From NCBI RefSeq assembly GCF_009914755.1, contig NC_060941.1: 64,000 nt of DNA. One strand, given 5' to 3'. Of this stretch, positions 62,171 to 64,000 are shown piece after piece (within the stretch, counting starts at the first letter, position 1; the number at the start of each line of letters is the position of its first letter). A model generated the notes under the pieces. That model was not told the origin of the DNA. It made no database searches and saw nothing but the letters and a program-made list of their open reading frames with translations. This stretch comes from the human T2T-CHM13v2.0 reference genome, Homo sapiens. Both the position numbers and the translations under genes were made by a program.

Positions 62171-62509
62171 AAACCTTCCCTCTCAAGCTCTATGCCACTC
62201 CCTTTGGTGATACAATTGCTGAGTATGTGGCTCTCCGTCTCCCTTAACCAGGGTCCGGCTGGATTGGAACAGCAAACCCTCTCTGCCTGCCTCTGGCCTC
62301 TTCTTGCCCCCTTGGATTGAAGAATTGGCTCAGGGTGCTGCCTCTGACATAGGTTGCAAAGGCAAGTGGATGAAATTGGACAAGCTCTAAATCCAGTTTC
62401 CCCTCTGCTCACCCTGTCACCAACTGGGGTTCCAGCTCCCTCTAGGGTCAGAAGGAAATGACTTGTGGGGTACCCGGTGTTTGGCAAGTGGATAAGGGTA
62501 CAGGCTCAC

Positions 62510-62700
62510 ACCCTGTCACTTGCTTGCTGTGAGACCTTGGGCAAGTGACTTAACCTCTCTGTGCCCCAGTGCTGGCATCTGTAAAATGAGGAAATAAGTA
62601 CCAGGCTCATGGGATAATGATAGGATCGAGCTGGAAAGAGTTCACAGAGTTTGGAGCAGTGCCTGGCATGCAGTGAGTGCTTCTGCTATTATTATTAGTT
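62510..62700 (+). mobile_element. MIR
   Basis: GCTGTGAGACCTTGGGCAAGTGACTTAACCTCTCTGTGCC..CATCTGTAAAATG. Confidence 0.9.
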
Positions 62701-63294
62701 GGAGAATCAAGAGACGACTGTTTAAAAAGAGGAGCGGCCAGGAAGTATAGGCAAGTCTATCAAAAAGACATGGTTGATTTTGGGGGTCTAGATTTCCTAA
62801 TTATTCAAGGCTGAGGGTCCTTGAGAGGGAAGAAAGGGGTGAATGGTTTCCAGGTGACATTCCTGCTTCCCCACCCCCATCCCCAGGAGGGTGAAATTCC
62901 TCACAGGTCTCTGTGCGCTTTCATGTGAAGCCTGCCGAGCCCTGGCCAGCATTCCTCTGTCCATCCTGTGGGTTGGGAGCTGGTGGAGAGGGGTCATTAG
63001 CCCTTTTTCAGCTGTGTAAAGTGTGAGGGTAGGGCCCCAGCGGGGACCTGCTGAAAGCGGATGTCCCTCCACTCCCAGCGGAGGGGCTTCGAGGGAGGAA
63101 AGCCCATCTAGGTGGGTGTTCAGGGCTGCCTTACCCGCCCCTCGACTCGTGCCTGCAATGCAAGCGGATGCCTGTGACACAGACTGGAGGACCAGGTTGG
63201 GCCATTTCCCCTGCTGACATCCCCATCCCGAGGTCCCCTGGAAACAGGGTTTTGTGTGGACACCAGGGAACATGCCGTGCTGCTCCAGGGGACA

Positions 63295-63357
63295 TGACCC
63301 TCAGTTCTGTCCCTGCCCCTGTTCTGTCCCTGACCCTCAGTTCTGTCCCTGCTCCTG
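63295..63357. repeat. 36-bp-period tandem duplication (~1.75 copies)
   Basis: TGACCCTCAGTTCTGTCCCTGC recurs at 63295 and 63331. Confidence 0.9.
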
Positions 63358-64000
63358 TAGCTCTCAGGCTGCTGTGGGAGGGCAGGAGCTAGGGAGAAGG
63401 CCACCCCAGCTGGTGAGAGCTGGGGAAGCAGGTGAGATTGAGGAGAAAGTTGGATGGGTGGGGAGGTAAGGGCAGGCTTCCTGGAGGAGGGTAGGAAAGA
63501 TCGAGGGAGGATCAGGACTGGTGCGACGGGGTTGGGTGCAGGGATGTGGAGACCTGCTCTTTGAACCCTCTGCCTCCATGCCTGTGTGTTCTTCTGCACC
63601 CACCCACTTATCCATCCATCTGTCCATTCATTGACCCATTTTACATTTACCTGTCTGAACAGGACTTATGGAAGCCCTCACCCATTAGCTGGAGCTGTCC
63701 CACCACAGACTGGGCTAAATGGCCAGTGGTAAGCTTCGCCTCACTGATAGGTGGTAAGCTTCCCCTCACTGAAGTGTTGTGAGAGCTATCATGAGGGGGG
63801 ACCCCCACACAGGATGGGGGCTCCGTTACATTTCTTCCAAGGTGTCCTTCCTGCTCTAGGGTACTGGGAGGTTTTCCACCTCCAGTTCTTCCCTCCCAGG
63901 ATCTGAAGTTCGTAGCTTTCTCTCCAGTTGCTTTCTCTCCAGTTGTCAGTTGCTTCACCTTCATCCTGTCTCCTTCCCTCCCATCTCTAATTTGCCCCTC

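Noticed and set aside
63295-63357. CRISPR-like 36-bp repeat
   Set aside because: Adjacent tandem copies without unique spacers, fewer than two copies, human DNA, no cas genes.

Overview
Human genomic DNA, identified by a near-consensus AluYa5 (a human-specific subfamily) at 53106-53405. The window is GC-rich and repeat-dense, with about 34 Alu elements or fragments, many MIR, L2 and old L1 relics, MER91A/MER81/MER5-like DNA transposon fossils and several long microsatellites. I find no credible protein-coding exon chain, RNA gene, CRISPR array or prokaryotic-type system: the ORF track is explained by Alu, microsatellite and GC-rich background. I cannot name the locus, which looks like an intergenic or large-intron regulatory landscape. 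It holds four CpG-island-like patches (~27.7, 37.9, 49.3, 57.6 kb), strong CTCF-core matches, and MEF2/homeodomain motif clusters. The most unusual structure is a ~110-bp inverted duplication of apparently unique sequence (58876-58985 vs 59810-59924; 75/80 aligned columns identical in the core). It lies about 1 kb downstream of the last CpG island and encloses a candidate cryptic exon. Repeat subfamily calls are by eye against remembered consensus sequences, and boundaries of old repeats are approximate.
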